Shown here one piece after another: positions 21,592 through 28,502 of a stretch of 46,129 nt of DNA. The stretch is from the UHGV virus genome UHGV-0313764. One strand, 5' to 3'. The stretch comes from a virus. Position 1 is the first letter of the stretch. Every line of letters begins with the position of its first letter. Both the position numbers and the translations under genes were made by a program. The notes under the pieces were generated by a model that was not told the origin of the DNA, searched no databases, and saw only the letters and a list, made by a program, of their open reading frames with translations.

Positions 21592-21620
21592 CAAAGCCCC
21601 TTTCGGGGCTTTTTCTTTAT
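21592..21620 (+). terminator. Rho-independent terminator closing the moron cassette
   Basis: Hairpin AGCCCC-tttc-GGGGCT followed by TTTTCTTTAT. Confidence 0.6.
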
Positions 21621-22336
21621 CAGGATACGGTGCAAGCCGTACTGATAATAATTTCCGGGTCAGTAGATGAATCAGTCACCGTAACGGTATACACACCAGC
21701 GGTAGGGCTTGCCAGTGTCGCACCAGATTCGCTACCGACAACCACGCCATCTTTGCGCCAAACGTAGGTGTAAGGAGCAACGCCACCTTCAACAGCAACA
21801 GTTAACGGGCTGCCAGTGCTGCCAGTTGATGGCAGGTCGGTGGTAAACGCCAGAGGTTCAAGGCTTTCTACGGTAACGCTGTCGGAATCGTAAACTTTGA
21901 ACTCAAGGCTGCCGGTTACGATGTCGTTCGTGCCGCCTTCGTAGCTGATGCTGGTGATGTTGCAGTACGCTGTAACGATAGTTGCACCAGTAACCTGACG
22001 CACCCACAAAGAAGGCTGGCGACGCGCTTTCAGTTCAGTGGCGTAAATCTCAACAAGACGATGGAAGCCAAACTCATCGCTCGGGTCATTCTTGCGGATT
22101 TCAACCTCTGCGCTGATGGTCATATCAGAGCTGGTAACGAGAGTGGAAACAAAGCCGCCAGCGGTATCCGCTTCCGACGTAGTGGTCTGCGGCGAGTAGT
22201 CCACGCCTTTACTGGTGGTTGAGCCTAAATATTTCCAGTCTCCAGCTTCAGGAACTGCGTCACCGCACCCTTCAGCAAGGAACAGTCGGGTCATGCGACC
22301 GACCAGAACGCCCTTATCATTTGCACAAATAGCCAT
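21620..22336 (-). CDS. major tail protein with C-terminal Ig-like (Big_2-type) domain
   Basis: 238 aa. The C-terminus PLTVAVEGGVAPYTYVWRKDGVVVG...GVYTVTVTDSS is Ig-like, as in lambda gpV-type tail tube proteins. Confidence 0.6.
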   Translation of the reverse strand: MAICANDKGVLVGRMTRLFLAEGCGDAVPEAGDWKYLGSTTSKGVDYSPQTTTSEADTAGGFVSTLVTSSDMTISAEVEIRKNDPSDEFGFHRLVEIYATELKARRQPSLWVRQVTGATIVTAYCNITSISYEGGTNDIVTGSLEFKVYDSDSVTVESLEPLAFTTDLPSTGSTGSPLTVAVEGGVAPYTYVWRKDGVVVGSESGATLASPTAGVYTVTVTDSSTDPEIIISTACTVS

Positions 22337-22387
22337 TTCGATCTCCGAATTGTGTTAGCTGCCAACGTGGTGATTATATCACAGGTG

Positions 22388-22416
22388 TTGACAGCTATTA
22401 TTTTGTGGTGTAGATT
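22388..22416 (+). promoter_or_regulatory. sigma70-like promoter (TTGACA-17-TAGATT), near-duplicate of the 20674 promoter
   Basis: GGTGTTGACA gctattattttgtggtg TAGATT. Confidence 0.6.
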
Positions 22417-22422
22417 GTATTT

Positions 22423-23135
22423 CAGATAGTTTTCGTAAGCGACTTTGCGGACTTTTTAGAAACTGACCACAAAGATAAATGCAAACGATGATGTTGTTCT
22501 GATGGCGGCGTAATAGCCTTTAAGTCAGCAAGGTCTTCCGACTCCTTGTAAACAAATTCGGCGCAGTGGCCCGCTGTGATTAATAATGGGCACCTACCAA
22601 TGAGAGCATTATGATTGATCGTCGTTCTTGCGCGCAAAGTCTGTTCGAAGATAGTGCTCTCTTTAGTGGGTAACAACGGGCACGTTGCCTTAGTAAATCC
22701 CGCACAGGTGCAGCGAATAATCCGGTAATGTCGTTGTCGTAAGCCACACGAAACGTGGCACACAACAGGTAAGAGCATTGAGTCGATAATCGTGAAGAGT
22801 CGGCGAGCCTGGTTAGCCAGTGCTCTTTCCGTTGTGGTGAATGCGCAGGCTGATGCGCTAATCAGGTGAACGAGAGCTTGTCTGGTAGTTGGTGTGTAGC
22901 GCCAACCGTTTCAGAAGATGCAGGCAAGACCACGCAGCCTGGTGATAAACGTAGTGGCTGCTGGACAAGATGTAAAACGAGGCGTCGTTACACGCCTATC
23001 GTCACTAAGCCGGAGATCAGCACCGGCCACCACAACACTTAATATCCAGCATTGTCGCAATCATATATATGGGTATGTATGGGTTACGGGGACTGGATAT
23101 TAAGAAAGCACGCTGGCAATGCTTAAACCAGTGAT
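22423..23135 (+). ncRNA. candidate large structured noncoding RNA (about 0.7 kb), promoter-to-terminator, no plausible ORF
   Basis: The transcript is bounded by the 22388 promoter and the 23135 terminator. The plus strand has only ORFs of 61 aa or less. The antisense 118-aa ORF is Cys-rich with no RBS. The segment has many short GC stems (for example GCCAC-acgaaac-GTGGC, GCGCA-ggctga-TGCGC, GCCGG-agatcagca-CCGGC, AGGCG-tcgttac-ACGCCT). It is GC-richer than its flanks. Confidence 0.4.
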
Positions 23136-23168
23136 AAGGCCGCCTAATGCGGCTTTATTTATTTCACA
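23135..23168 (+). terminator. Rho-independent terminator
   Basis: Hairpin AAGGCCGC-ctaat-GCGGCTTT followed by ATTTATTT. Confidence 0.6.
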
Positions 23169-23533
23169 ACCCGCAAAAGCAACTCATGCACAGGTCGCTT
23201 CTCTTCCGTTAACATCGGTCTACCGAGCGGAGCCTGCAACTGGATGTAGTTAACGCATGAATCAATCGGGTGAGTTTTGATGTATTCGATAATCTCATTG
23301 GCTTTAGCGTCAACATCAGCTACATTGTATTGTCCATGCTTCCCAACAACGTACAACGAGAAATAGAAATCACCACCTAGACCATCCATAACCTGCGTGC
23401 CGCCGTTTGATTGGAGGACAATAAATTGCTCGCTTCCATCTCCGGTATCATTCCAGAACTGCAACTGCGAAGTCCAGCCATCATACAATCCTGCATCCTG
23501 AAGATATGCATCAACTAGTTCAAGCATATTCAT
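23159..23533 (-). CDS. tail completion/terminator-like protein
   Basis: 124 aa, positioned between the gp10-like gene and the major tail protein. Assignment is positional. Confidence 0.4.
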   Translation of the reverse strand: MNMLELVDAYLQDAGLYDGWTSQLQFWNDTGDGSEQFIVLQSNGGTQVMDGLGGDFYFSLYVVGKHGQYNVADVDAKANEIIEYIKTHPIDSCVNYIQLQAPLGRPMLTEEKRPVHELLLRVVK

Positions 23534-23943
23534 AGTTTCATCTCCTCCTTAATCGCCTTGTCAACCAAACTCTTTGTTTTTTCACCAGCTTTTGCGAGGA
23601 ATTTTGGCTCTCCGCTTTTATCCCACACGTTACCAAGACCCTTTAGTTTTCCAGTTCGTGGAATATTCTTGCCGAGAAGCCTCCCCGGCGCATTGTGAAC
23701 ATAAATTGCGTAGTTTGCTGAATACCCCACCTTTCCGGTTACGCGAGTTCCATTCACCTCAATTGATTCGAACTGGCTGTTGATTAAGGTTGATGTGGCA
23801 ATCGGCGTCATCGTGGCGCTTTCTAGTCGTATTATATACGTTGCTGATTTCAGTGCCCTGACAATCTTCACCGCTGTAATTTCATCTACAATCTGCGATG
23901 TTTTGGCTATCGCCTCTTTGATGCCTCTTAATTTCGCTGGCAT
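23530..23943 (-). CDS. HK97 gp10-like tail component
   Basis: 137 aa. Position and the motif NAPGRLLGKNIPRTGKLKG are typical of the gp10 family. Its start overlaps the upstream stop. Confidence 0.45.
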   Translation of the reverse strand: MPAKLRGIKEAIAKTSQIVDEITAVKIVRALKSATYIIRLESATMTPIATSTLINSQFESIEVNGTRVTGKVGYSANYAIYVHNAPGRLLGKNIPRTGKLKGLGNVWDKSGEPKFLAKAGEKTKSLVDKAIKEEMKL

Positions 23944-24284
23944 TATGTCACCAGTGCGAAATCAGGTGGCTCAGTTCGATTGAACGTATTGCCGTAATTG
24001 ATCACATTCAGAATCTGGTTTGCGCCAGCAGCCAGCGGGTCAGCTTCTGTTAACGTGCCAATCATGATGTAATCACCAACATTAGCGCCAGTGTATTCTG
24101 TCCAGAAGGTATTCTTCTGCACAATCTCATTACCTTTCGCATCGGTCGATACATCATCGTTAAAGCCGTAATCACACATGATGCTTACTGGCGCATCAAA
24201 AGTCGGCTTACCGTACTTGTCTGTGCCGCTTTTGTGCCAGATGGTGCATGGCTGCGTGTAGGAAAAACGGGAAATACTCGTCAT
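23943..24284 (-). CDS. head-tail adaptor / head closure protein
   Basis: Internal start MTSISRF (ATG at 24284). Positioned between the connector-like gene and the gp10-like gene. Confidence 0.4.
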   Translation of the reverse strand: MTSISRFSYTQPCTIWHKSGTDKYGKPTFDAPVSIMCDYGFNDDVSTDAKGNEIVQKNTFWTEYTGANVGDYIMIGTLTEADPLAAGANQILNVINYGNTFNRTEPPDFALVT

Positions 24285-24405
24285 GATGCCTTCTCGATAG
24301 TAAACATCCACTTTGGCACAGGAATACGCAGTAGTACAAGAACAGCCATAGGCCATAAGCAATGTCTACGTACACCAATTTTTACTTTGATTTCACCAGT
24401 AGTCA

Positions 24406-24804
24406 TTATCTACCTCCGCAACGTGAACCACGCACAACCGCAAACCACGGCTTACCGCTTCCGTCAGGGTCTTCCACTAAATCGCCAGTGCATCCGGCTG
24501 TGTCCAGTAGTTTCATCTGATTGTACAGCGCCACCCACGGCTTACTGCCATAGGCGAATGATTGTGATGCGCCAGATGGTGCGCTCTGGCTGGTGACGTA
24601 GCGCCCGGCGGCATTTGCGCTAATCAGGATTGAAGCCCACAACATGATCGCATTTTGTCGGCATTCATCGTTTGGATAGTTCAGTTCAAGGCATTCACTG
24701 ATTGATGCCACAAGACACAGAATGCCAGACGCATCCGTCGTGGTGATAGTCATCCCACGGGATGCCATCTGGCTTACTAATTCTTCAGGTGTTGGTGCTG
24801 CCAT
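24406..24804 (-). CDS. head-tail connector (gp6-like) protein
   Basis: Internal start MAAPTPEELV (ATG at 24804). Positional assignment. Confidence 0.4.
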   Translation of the reverse strand: MAAPTPEELVSQMASRGMTITTTDASGILCLVASISECLELNYPNDECRQNAIMLWASILISANAAGRYVTSQSAPSGASQSFAYGSKPWVALYNQMKLLDTAGCTGDLVEDPDGSGKPWFAVVRGSRCGGR

Positions 24805-25069
24805 TTTTTTTCGACTCCCGGACCTTCCACCACATTTCAAAGAGGTTTTTTATTACCAGAGATAGCGCACCAAGTATTGATGCAACTGCCGCCCACTCTG
24901 TCAGGCTGTGTGGAATCATCGCTTCAAAATAAGATTGCGTGACAGGTGTTTGCTCTGCAACTTTCAGGCCAATGCCAGTGCCAATAGAAGCATATCCAGC
25001 CTTATCAATCACCTGCCCTGCCGTTCCGCTTATAATCTGCTCTGCGGCCTGCCTTAGTGCTCCGTTCAT
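24785..25069 (-). CDS. hypothetical protein with C-terminal transmembrane segment
   Basis: 94-aa ORF. Hydrophobic stretch AAVASILGALSLVIKNLF. Confidence 0.35.
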   Translation of the reverse strand: MNGALRQAAEQIISGTAGQVIDKAGYASIGTGIGLKVAEQTPVTQSYFEAMIPHSLTEWAAVASILGALSLVIKNLFEMWWKVRESKKNGSTNT

Positions 25070-25101
25070 TGTGCGTCTCGCTGATGATATGTTTCCAGCA
25101 C

Positions 25102-25542
25102 TTATAGATTTGAATCAGCGAAAAAACAATGGCGACCACGCCAAGAATAATGTCCAATTTCGCCGCCCCATTTAAAAGTGATGGAAAGGATGAACAGATG
25201 GATGCCGATAATAATAAATGCGTACTGCGCATGAAGCGGCGTTTCTACAGGCGTGATAAATTCCCATACGAATGACTCTATCGCAACCAGCCATTCGTAA
25301 AGGCTCATCGTCAGCACGCAGAGCGCCATCTTTGTACTTTTGCGCAGTGCAATGGCCGGAAGCAACCAGGCCATAGACTGCGCAAGGTAATACAGATATT
25401 CGGCGGGAAATGAATCAACAAGCACCCATCCAAGATACACAGACATCACCATTGCCGGAATGAACACCAGAAACGCAACCATGCCCGTGCAGGCGAAACC
25501 CAGCACATACATGATCATGATGGCAATATCTGCACCGAACAT
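25102..25542 (-). CDS. integral membrane protein (about 4 TM)
   Basis: 146 aa with four hydrophobic helices. Its start is translationally coupled (TAATG) to the upstream 39-aa ORF. Confidence 0.5.
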   Translation of the reverse strand: MFGADIAIMIMYVLGFACTGMVAFLVFIPAMVMSVYLGWVLVDSFPAEYLYYLAQSMAWLLPAIALRKSTKMALCVLTMSLYEWLVAIESFVWEFITPVETPLHAQYAFIIIGIHLFILSITFKWGGEIGHYSWRGRHCFFADSNL

Positions 25543-25661
25543 TATTTTTTACCGCGCGACGGTGAGCGGGTAGAGCCGTTTGGCTTCACTGCGCCAGTTT
25601 TGCCGCCAGTTTTGGTGTTGCCAGTAGCGCGTGAACGAGACGGACTGTTTGTTGAACCCAT
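25542..25661 (-). CDS. small basic Ser/Thr/Gly-rich protein (39 aa)
   Basis: ATG at 25661 with AGGGGA RBS. Sequence MGSTNSPSRSRATGNTKTGGKTGAVKPNGSTRSPSRGKK. Its stop overlaps the start of the membrane protein gene. Confidence 0.35.
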   Translation of the reverse strand: MGSTNSPSRSRATGNTKTGGKTGAVKPNGSTRSPSRGKK

Positions 25662-25708
25662 GTTTAAATCCCCTGTTGTTTGATTAGCATGATTTTAGCA
25701 TATTCCTG

Positions 25709-25737
25709 TTGACGTAGATTGACGGCATGTTTATAGT
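25709..25737 (+). promoter_or_regulatory. sigma70-like promoter TTGACG-17-TATAGT (promoter-family member)
   Basis: TTGACGTAGATTGACGGCATGTT TATAGT, followed by AATGACGTAGAA. It drives the 25777-28229 island. Confidence 0.6.
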
Positions 25738-25776
25738 AATGACGTAGAAACAAAAATAAATGTTAGAGGTGATGAG

Positions 25777-25965
25777 ATGAAAGATGAATTTATTGATTAT
25801 GACGTTAAACGCCAAGAAATGGCTTCTGATGCAACGTTGCGCGATTATTTTGCCGCAAAAGCAATGCAATCTCTATTAATTACATCACCAAATATGGGTT
25901 ATGGCGAGAAGGCTAAACATGCTTACCTTATCGCAGAAAGAATGATGGAGGCGAGAATCAAATGA
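25777..25965 (+). CDS. hypothetical protein (62 aa)
   Basis: RBS AGAGGTGATGAG then ATG. First gene of the island. Confidence 0.45.
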   Translation: MKDEFIDYDVKRQEMASDATLRDYFAAKAMQSLLITSPNMGYGEKAKHAYLIAERMMEARIK

Positions 25966-26300
25966 AAGATGATTTCAAAGGCACAAAAGGTCCGTGGCAG
26001 GTTTTACCAGAAGAAGTAGATAAGCCATACATCAGAATCAGAGGCACAATTATTGGTCATCGATATAAGGTGGCAAATGTATTAACACCTGTTTATGAAA
26101 ATGTTCATGCCAGAGAGGCTGATGAAACGCGTGCAAATGCAAAGTTAATAGCCGCAGCACCAGAGTTACTTGAAGCTCTTCGTCAGATTCGCGATTATGT
26201 TGAGGATGTTTGCGCAGTATCGTCGGATGATTTTCATGAGGAACATCCATTAAATCTGGCGAACAAAGCAATCAAGAAAGCATTAGGAAAGAAACAATGA
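25962..26300 (+). CDS. conserved phage protein, FKGTxGPW...ANAxLIAAAPELL family (paralog 1)
   Basis: 112 aa. Shares FKGT(K/P)GPW, NA.L(I/L)AA(A/S)P(E/D)LL and (A)(I/V)(K/N)KALG(K/E) motifs with 37526..37816. Confidence 0.5.
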   Translation: MKDDFKGTKGPWQVLPEEVDKPYIRIRGTIIGHRYKVANVLTPVYENVHAREADETRANAKLIAAAPELLEALRQIRDYVEDVCAVSSDDFHEEHPLNLANKAIKKALGKKQ

Positions 26301-27106
26301 AGACACTAAGCAAAATCTACTCAGACAAAGAAACGCGCAACGGCATCGCTGTCAACAAAACCTATCTCGTGCCAGTGGAGCAAATCTATCTTGAGCCGGG
26401 ATACAACATCCGTGAAGCAGACGAGCAACACGTTGAATATTTCGCTCAGTGCTGGGAATCAGGCCAACCATTACCAGCATTAACGGTTATTCCAGATGAG
26501 AAGGGAATCCGCATTCTTGATGGTCAACATCGCTATCTCGGCGCATTGCGTGCCATTGAGCGCGGCGCGCCAATCGTTCGCATTGAGTGCAAGGATTTCA
26601 CTGGCGATGAGGCGGACAAAATCGCCTTCATGGTGTCATCCAGTCAGGGCAAGCAACTTGACCCGTTTGAGCGCGCAAAGGCTTACACGCGACTGAAAGG
26701 CTTTGGCTGGACGAATGAAGAAATCGCCAAGAAGGTAGGGCGCTCAGTATCTGACGTGCAAATGCATCTGTCACTGGGTGATGTTCCGGCGGAAGTAAAG
26801 GCGCGCATCAGCGCCGGACAAATCAGCTATGCAAATGCCGTAGCGGTAACGCGCGAACATGGCGATGATGCGGTTAAAGTTATCGACGAGGCAGTGGAAG
26901 AGGCCAAAGCACAAGGCAAGGATAAGGTCACGGCAAAGGTGCTGAAGTCAAAAAAGATTAAGCCAGTAGATCGCCTGATTGAGTTACTGAAGCCAGCTGA
27001 CCATGTGATTCTTCCTGCTGGTCATGTAGTTGCAGAGGATGAGGAATTCATCCAGATTCCTGTTACTGACATTCACGAGGTCATGGCAATTCTGGAGAAG
27101 ATGTGA
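26297..27106 (+). CDS. ParB-like nuclease domain (ParB/Srx N-terminal) protein with HTH
   Basis: 269 aa. Motif ILDGQHRYLGALRA (ParB N-domain GxxRxxA-type) and HTH WTNEEIAKKVGRSVSDVQMHL. No ParA partner is present. Confidence 0.55.
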   Translation: MKTLSKIYSDKETRNGIAVNKTYLVPVEQIYLEPGYNIREADEQHVEYFAQCWESGQPLPALTVIPDEKGIRILDGQHRYLGALRAIERGAPIVRIECKDFTGDEADKIAFMVSSSQGKQLDPFERAKAYTRLKGFGWTNEEIAKKVGRSVSDVQMHLSLGDVPAEVKARISAGQISYANAVAVTREHGDDAVKVIDEAVEEAKAQGKDKVTAKVLKSKKIKPVDRLIELLKPADHVILPAGHVVAEDEEFIQIPVTDIHEVMAILEKM

Positions 27107-27357
27107 TGAGTAAGTATGAAGAACTCGACGCAATGATTATGGATGAGCTTGATTATATTGAGCCAATGACGTTCATGGCTATTCATTTCTCTGGAGGCAT
27201 TCACAGCGGAATACATGCAGAGTGTGAAAAGCTGGCTACAAAACCGCATGAAGGTTTTCGTGTTCTTGACCGCAGGTTGCAAGCGCTAAGAAAGAAAGGC
27301 CTTATTGTATCTCATGGTGCAAGCAAAGGATGGGTGAAGGTAAATCATGAACGCTGA
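27103..27357 (+). CDS. hypothetical protein (84 aa)
   Basis: ORF with ATGA overlap to the ParB-like gene. Confidence 0.4.
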   Translation: MMSKYEELDAMIMDELDYIEPMTFMAIHFSGGIHSGIHAECEKLATKPHEGFRVLDRRLQALRKKGLIVSHGASKGWVKVNHER

Positions 27358-27520
27358 ACAATTCATCGAAAAACAACTTCGTGCCAAGTTGCCTGAAATC
27401 GACCAGATGGCAATTGATGCGGCGATTCAGTACTACAAGCGAAATCAGAGCGCAAAGAAGGGAGGCATTTTTGAAGAATGCCTGAAGGTTGCAAAACAGC
27501 ACATGATTAAGGTGAAGTGA
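27347..27520 (+). CDS. hypothetical small protein (57 aa)
   Basis: ATG at 27347. Coupled to its neighbours by overlapping stop/start codons. Confidence 0.3.
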   Translation: MNAEQFIEKQLRAKLPEIDQMAIDAAIQYYKRNQSAKKGGIFEECLKVAKQHMIKVK

Positions 27521-27696
27521 TGGAATTAACTGATTTAAAAGTTGGAGACAAGATAATCATTCCGGAATATGACCCGCTACCTTGCGTAGTTGAGAAGGTA
27601 GATATTGAGGACAAAATTCAACCAGTATATGTCCGATGGGAAGACGGAACCGCGACATGGCCTGAGCCTAAATATAAATTTGAGGTGATCAAATGA
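27520..27696 (+). CDS. hypothetical small protein (58 aa)
   Basis: ATG at 27520 (ATGA overlap). Its stop overlaps the ATG of the clamp-like gene. Confidence 0.3.
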   Translation: MELTDLKVGDKIIIPEYDPLPCVVEKVDIEDKIQPVYVRWEDGTATWPEPKYKFEVIK

Positions 27697-28229
27697 AACT
27701 AAAAATCAGCAAACTATTACTTGAATCAGCATTAATATTTCAGGCGCGCAATGATGTGCGCTACTACCTGAACGGCATCTGCTTCATGCCTGATGGTCGT
27801 ATTGCCTCAACTGATGGTCATCGCGCATTCATTGGTGGCAGTCATGATAATAAGCTGACAGAAAATGTGATTATCAAGATTGGCAAGTCGCCAACAAAAC
27901 GCTATGAATACGCCATAATTGATACCAAGTCGAAAATTGCAACGTATCATGATAAGGCTGGCGCGATGGTTGGTACTGGTATCTGCGAAGAGATTGATGG
28001 TCGATTCCCTGATATTGACCGCATCATTCCTCAGCAGACCTCACCAACAGAGGAAATTGACTTCAACGCTGGCTATCTTGTGGATGTCGAGAAATCTGCT
28101 AAGCTGTTTAATCCTAAATTCTGTGGTGTCAAATTTGAACTGAATGGAAATACAAATGCAGCAGCTTGCTGTCTTAGTGCGCCATCTGGCGAGATTGCAA
28201 AGATTGTTGTTATGCCTGTGCGTCTGTAG
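27693..28229 (+). CDS. truncated DNA polymerase III beta sliding-clamp (DnaN) homolog
   Basis: 178 aa. Motifs as I recall them from E. coli DnaN domain II and the C-terminus: DVRYYLNG (identical), ASTDGHRAF vs VATDGHRLAV, DGRFPDIDRIIP vs DGRFPDYRRVLP, KFCGVKF vs KFRGVRL, and C-terminal VVMPVRL vs VVMPMRL. It is about half the length of DnaN (366 aa). Confidence 0.6.
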   Translation: MKLKISKLLLESALIFQARNDVRYYLNGICFMPDGRIASTDGHRAFIGGSHDNKLTENVIIKIGKSPTKRYEYAIIDTKSKIATYHDKAGAMVGTGICEEIDGRFPDIDRIIPQQTSPTEEIDFNAGYLVDVEKSAKLFNPKFCGVKFELNGNTNAAACCLSAPSGEIAKIVVMPVRL

Positions 28230-28232
28230 CAA

Positions 28233-28265
28233 TAAAAAACCCGCATTATGCGGGTTTTATTTACT
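28233..28265. terminator. bidirectional Rho-independent terminator
   Basis: Hairpin CCCGCA-tta-TGCGGG flanked by AATAAAAAA and TTTTATTTAC. Confidence 0.6.
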
Positions 28266-28458
28266 CTGCTTTCTTTTTCTTTGTCGTCTTTTCTTGCGGG
28301 GTTGCGACTTCGAAAGACTTTTCCAGTTCTGGCATGATGCGCAGCTTTGGTAGCAGGTGCTCGTCTGGTTCGGTAATCACCTCGCCAAGCTGCAATTCAC
28401 GAATCTTGCCTTTCTCTTTAACAAAGATTCCGCGTGCGATGACTTCGTATTTGTCCAT
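28261..28458 (-). CDS. hypothetical small protein (65 aa) downstream of the capsid gene
   Basis: ATG at 28458 with GAGGTG RBS. Confidence 0.4.
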   Translation of the reverse strand: MDKYEVIARGIFVKEKGKIRELQLGEVITEPDEHLLPKLRIMPELEKSFEVATPQEKTTKKKKAE

Positions 28459-28465
28459 TATTCAC

Positions 28466-28498
28466 CTCAATTCATAAAGGGGCCGAAGCCCCCATTTT
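28466..28498. terminator. stable hairpin with UUCG-type loop (GGGGC-cgaa-GCCCC) flanked by A/T runs; likely a transcript-stabilising element or terminator after the capsid gene
   Basis: Sequence AAAGGGGCCGAAGCCCCCATTTTTTTTATT lies between the capsid stop and the next gene. Confidence 0.4.
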
Positions 28499-28502
28499 TT
28501 TA

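Noticed and set aside
22630-22660. GTTCGAA (T-loop-like) sequence as a possible tRNA
   Set aside because: No flanking acceptor or T-stem complementarity and no cloverleaf could be built by eye. The same applies to AAGTTCGAATG at about 1939. No tRNA genes are supported.
22422-22778. 118-aa minus-strand ORF inside the candidate ncRNA region
   Set aside because: Cys-rich odd composition, no RBS, and it overlaps a second ORF in another frame. More consistent with a chance ORF in GC-rich noncoding sequence.
23037-23103. 12-bp inverted repeat as a phage attachment (attP) core
   Set aside because: No integrase or recombinase gene is present in the window, so an integration function cannot be supported. 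Kept only as a structural observation.
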